Shown here: positions 62,591 through 64,000 of the stretch, piece after piece
Layout: every line of letters begins with the position of its first letter
Numbering within the stretch: the stretch's first letter is position 1
NCBI RefSeq assembly: GCF_963921235.1
Contig: NC_086108.1
Span: 59,336,001-59,400,000, forward strand
Direction of reading: 5' to 3'
Source: Mobula hypostoma
Lineage: Eukaryota
Length of the DNA: 64,000 bases
Made by a program: the position numbers and the translations under genes
The notes under the pieces: model-generated
What the model was told of the DNA's origin: nothing
The model's input: only the letters and a program-made list of their open reading frames with translations
The model's database searches: none

Positions 62591-63884
62591 TATATCAGAA
62601 TACCTCATTCTGATCACTTGCAGAAAAATGCACAAAAAGAAATCTGCTGCGATTCATACACTGCAGAGGTGATTCCACTAAATGCATATCATCCGTGGCT
62701 ATTGATGAGAATACATAACCAATTTATGTATTTTACATTATGTATTTTGATAGTTACCCTAAGTCTGTGTAAGTTTAATTTGTATTTTCAGTTATTTACA
62801 TTACAGTGAGCTCTGTAACATGATAAATGACATACATGTTGGAATAGTAATGATTACAATGGACTGCATTTAGGAAAAGCATACATAGTTGGCAACAACA
62901 ATTCATTTTTGGCAGTGTTGAATTTGTCCCTTTTCATTGAGCAGCATTCTGAATGGGCCGCAGAAACATTCCACACTCGACGAAGAAGGGATTGCTGGAG
63001 GAGAGGAGCAGTCCAGTGAGCACAAGTAGTAAGTAGATAAATCTTGTCAGTGTCAGGTTGGGCAGATGAATGGAGCAACTAATTCTGAGGACACTGGAAA
63101 CAATGGATCATGCAATGATATTAAAATAAAAAGGCAACTGTTTCTAGGTTGCCAAATGGTGCTAAATTTTCACTTCAAATCCTCAAGTTAAGACTTTTTC
63201 GTGTGCTTTCACAGAACTTGTTTGTACAGTTGCATTTTGTGTCAGTGGCTTCTAAGGAGCACCCCTTGAATTTTGATATTACATTCATGTCCAGTCCCTT
63301 TGGATGACCGCTGTTCAATACAAAAAACAACCTTTATGTGATCATCATCTGTACTGCCCTGTATGTGCTTTGCTGTAAATGAAAGAAATCATCATGAAAT
63401 GTGATGGGATGATATACTCTCGGACTGGAGTGCCTAGACCTTTAGCACCAAATCTTTCAGCTGGTGTGAGCTTTTTTTTCCCAGATCAGAGAGAACAAAT
63501 ATGGACCATAATTGTTGTAGGACCTTCTAAGTGCATGACCAGCTAGTGCTTAGAAACTTCAGGGCATGAATGTGGTACCCATAGTTGGAGGTGCTCCTTA
63601 GAAGCCACTTACACAAAATGCAACTGTGCAAATAAGTTCTGTGAAAGTACAAGAAAAGGACTTAACTGCGGGGGTGGGGGGGTAGAGGTGATTATTTAGC
63701 ACCTCTTTTGGCAATCTAGAAACAGTTGCCTTTTTTTTCCAATATCTTTGCATGCTCTATTACTTCCAGTGGCCTCAGAATGATTTGCTCCATTCGTCTG
63801 CTCAACCTGACCAGAAATTACTCTCCTCACCACCAGTGTCCCTTTGATCACTAAACTCCACCTCTCCTCCAGCAATACCTTCTT

Positions 63885-64000
63885 TAATATAAACACAGAA
63901 AGGTGTTGGGAAAGGGCCAGTAACATCATGAACGATCCCACCCATCTAGCTCATGGACTCTCATCAGGGAGGAGATTATGTAGCATTCAAGCCAGGACCA
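63885..64000 (+). mobile_element. Rex1-type 3' fragment running off the window
   Basis: RASNIMNDPTHLAHGL...SGRRL-like translation. Confidence 0.65.

Noticed and set aside
1..64000. Host protein-coding gene, CRISPR array or prokaryote-style system
   Set aside because: Every ORF I could recognise is TE-derived, and the rest are short or antisense shadows. There is no repeat-spacer array or operon structure. Small host exons cannot be excluded without RNA data.

Overview
This is eukaryotic, repeat-dense genomic DNA. The repeat set (CR1, Rex1/Babar, RTE, Penelope, tRNA-derived SINEs, a DeuSINE) points to a cartilaginous fish, probably a ray or shark; this is an inference from recalled repeat families, not a database result. 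I recognised no host exon, rRNA, true tRNA gene or CRISPR array, so the window looks like intergenic or large-intron DNA. Main elements: (1) a young 5'-truncated CR1 LINE with a fully open ORF2 remnant (7135-9092); (2) a complete but decayed Gypsy LTR retrotransposon (31982-36796, minus) with 200-bp LTRs, a 5-bp TSD, a tRNA-Leu PBS and a PPT; (3) Penelope-like elements carrying minimal hammerhead ribozyme motifs, including a 1.56-kb palindromic insertion with a 12-bp TSD and a 130-bp mini-element; (4) an I-clade/Nimb-like LINE with RNase H and a scrambled 5' junction; (5) an internally deleted hAT transposon; (6) two copies of a nested-palindrome mariner MITE; (7) many old CR1, Rex1 and RTE fragments nested in one another; (8) an old ~325-bp imperfect palindrome. 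I found no clearly new biological system. The best leads are the ribozyme-bearing Penelope derivatives and the template-switch structures. Coordinates of old fragments are approximate, and identity figures are hand counts.
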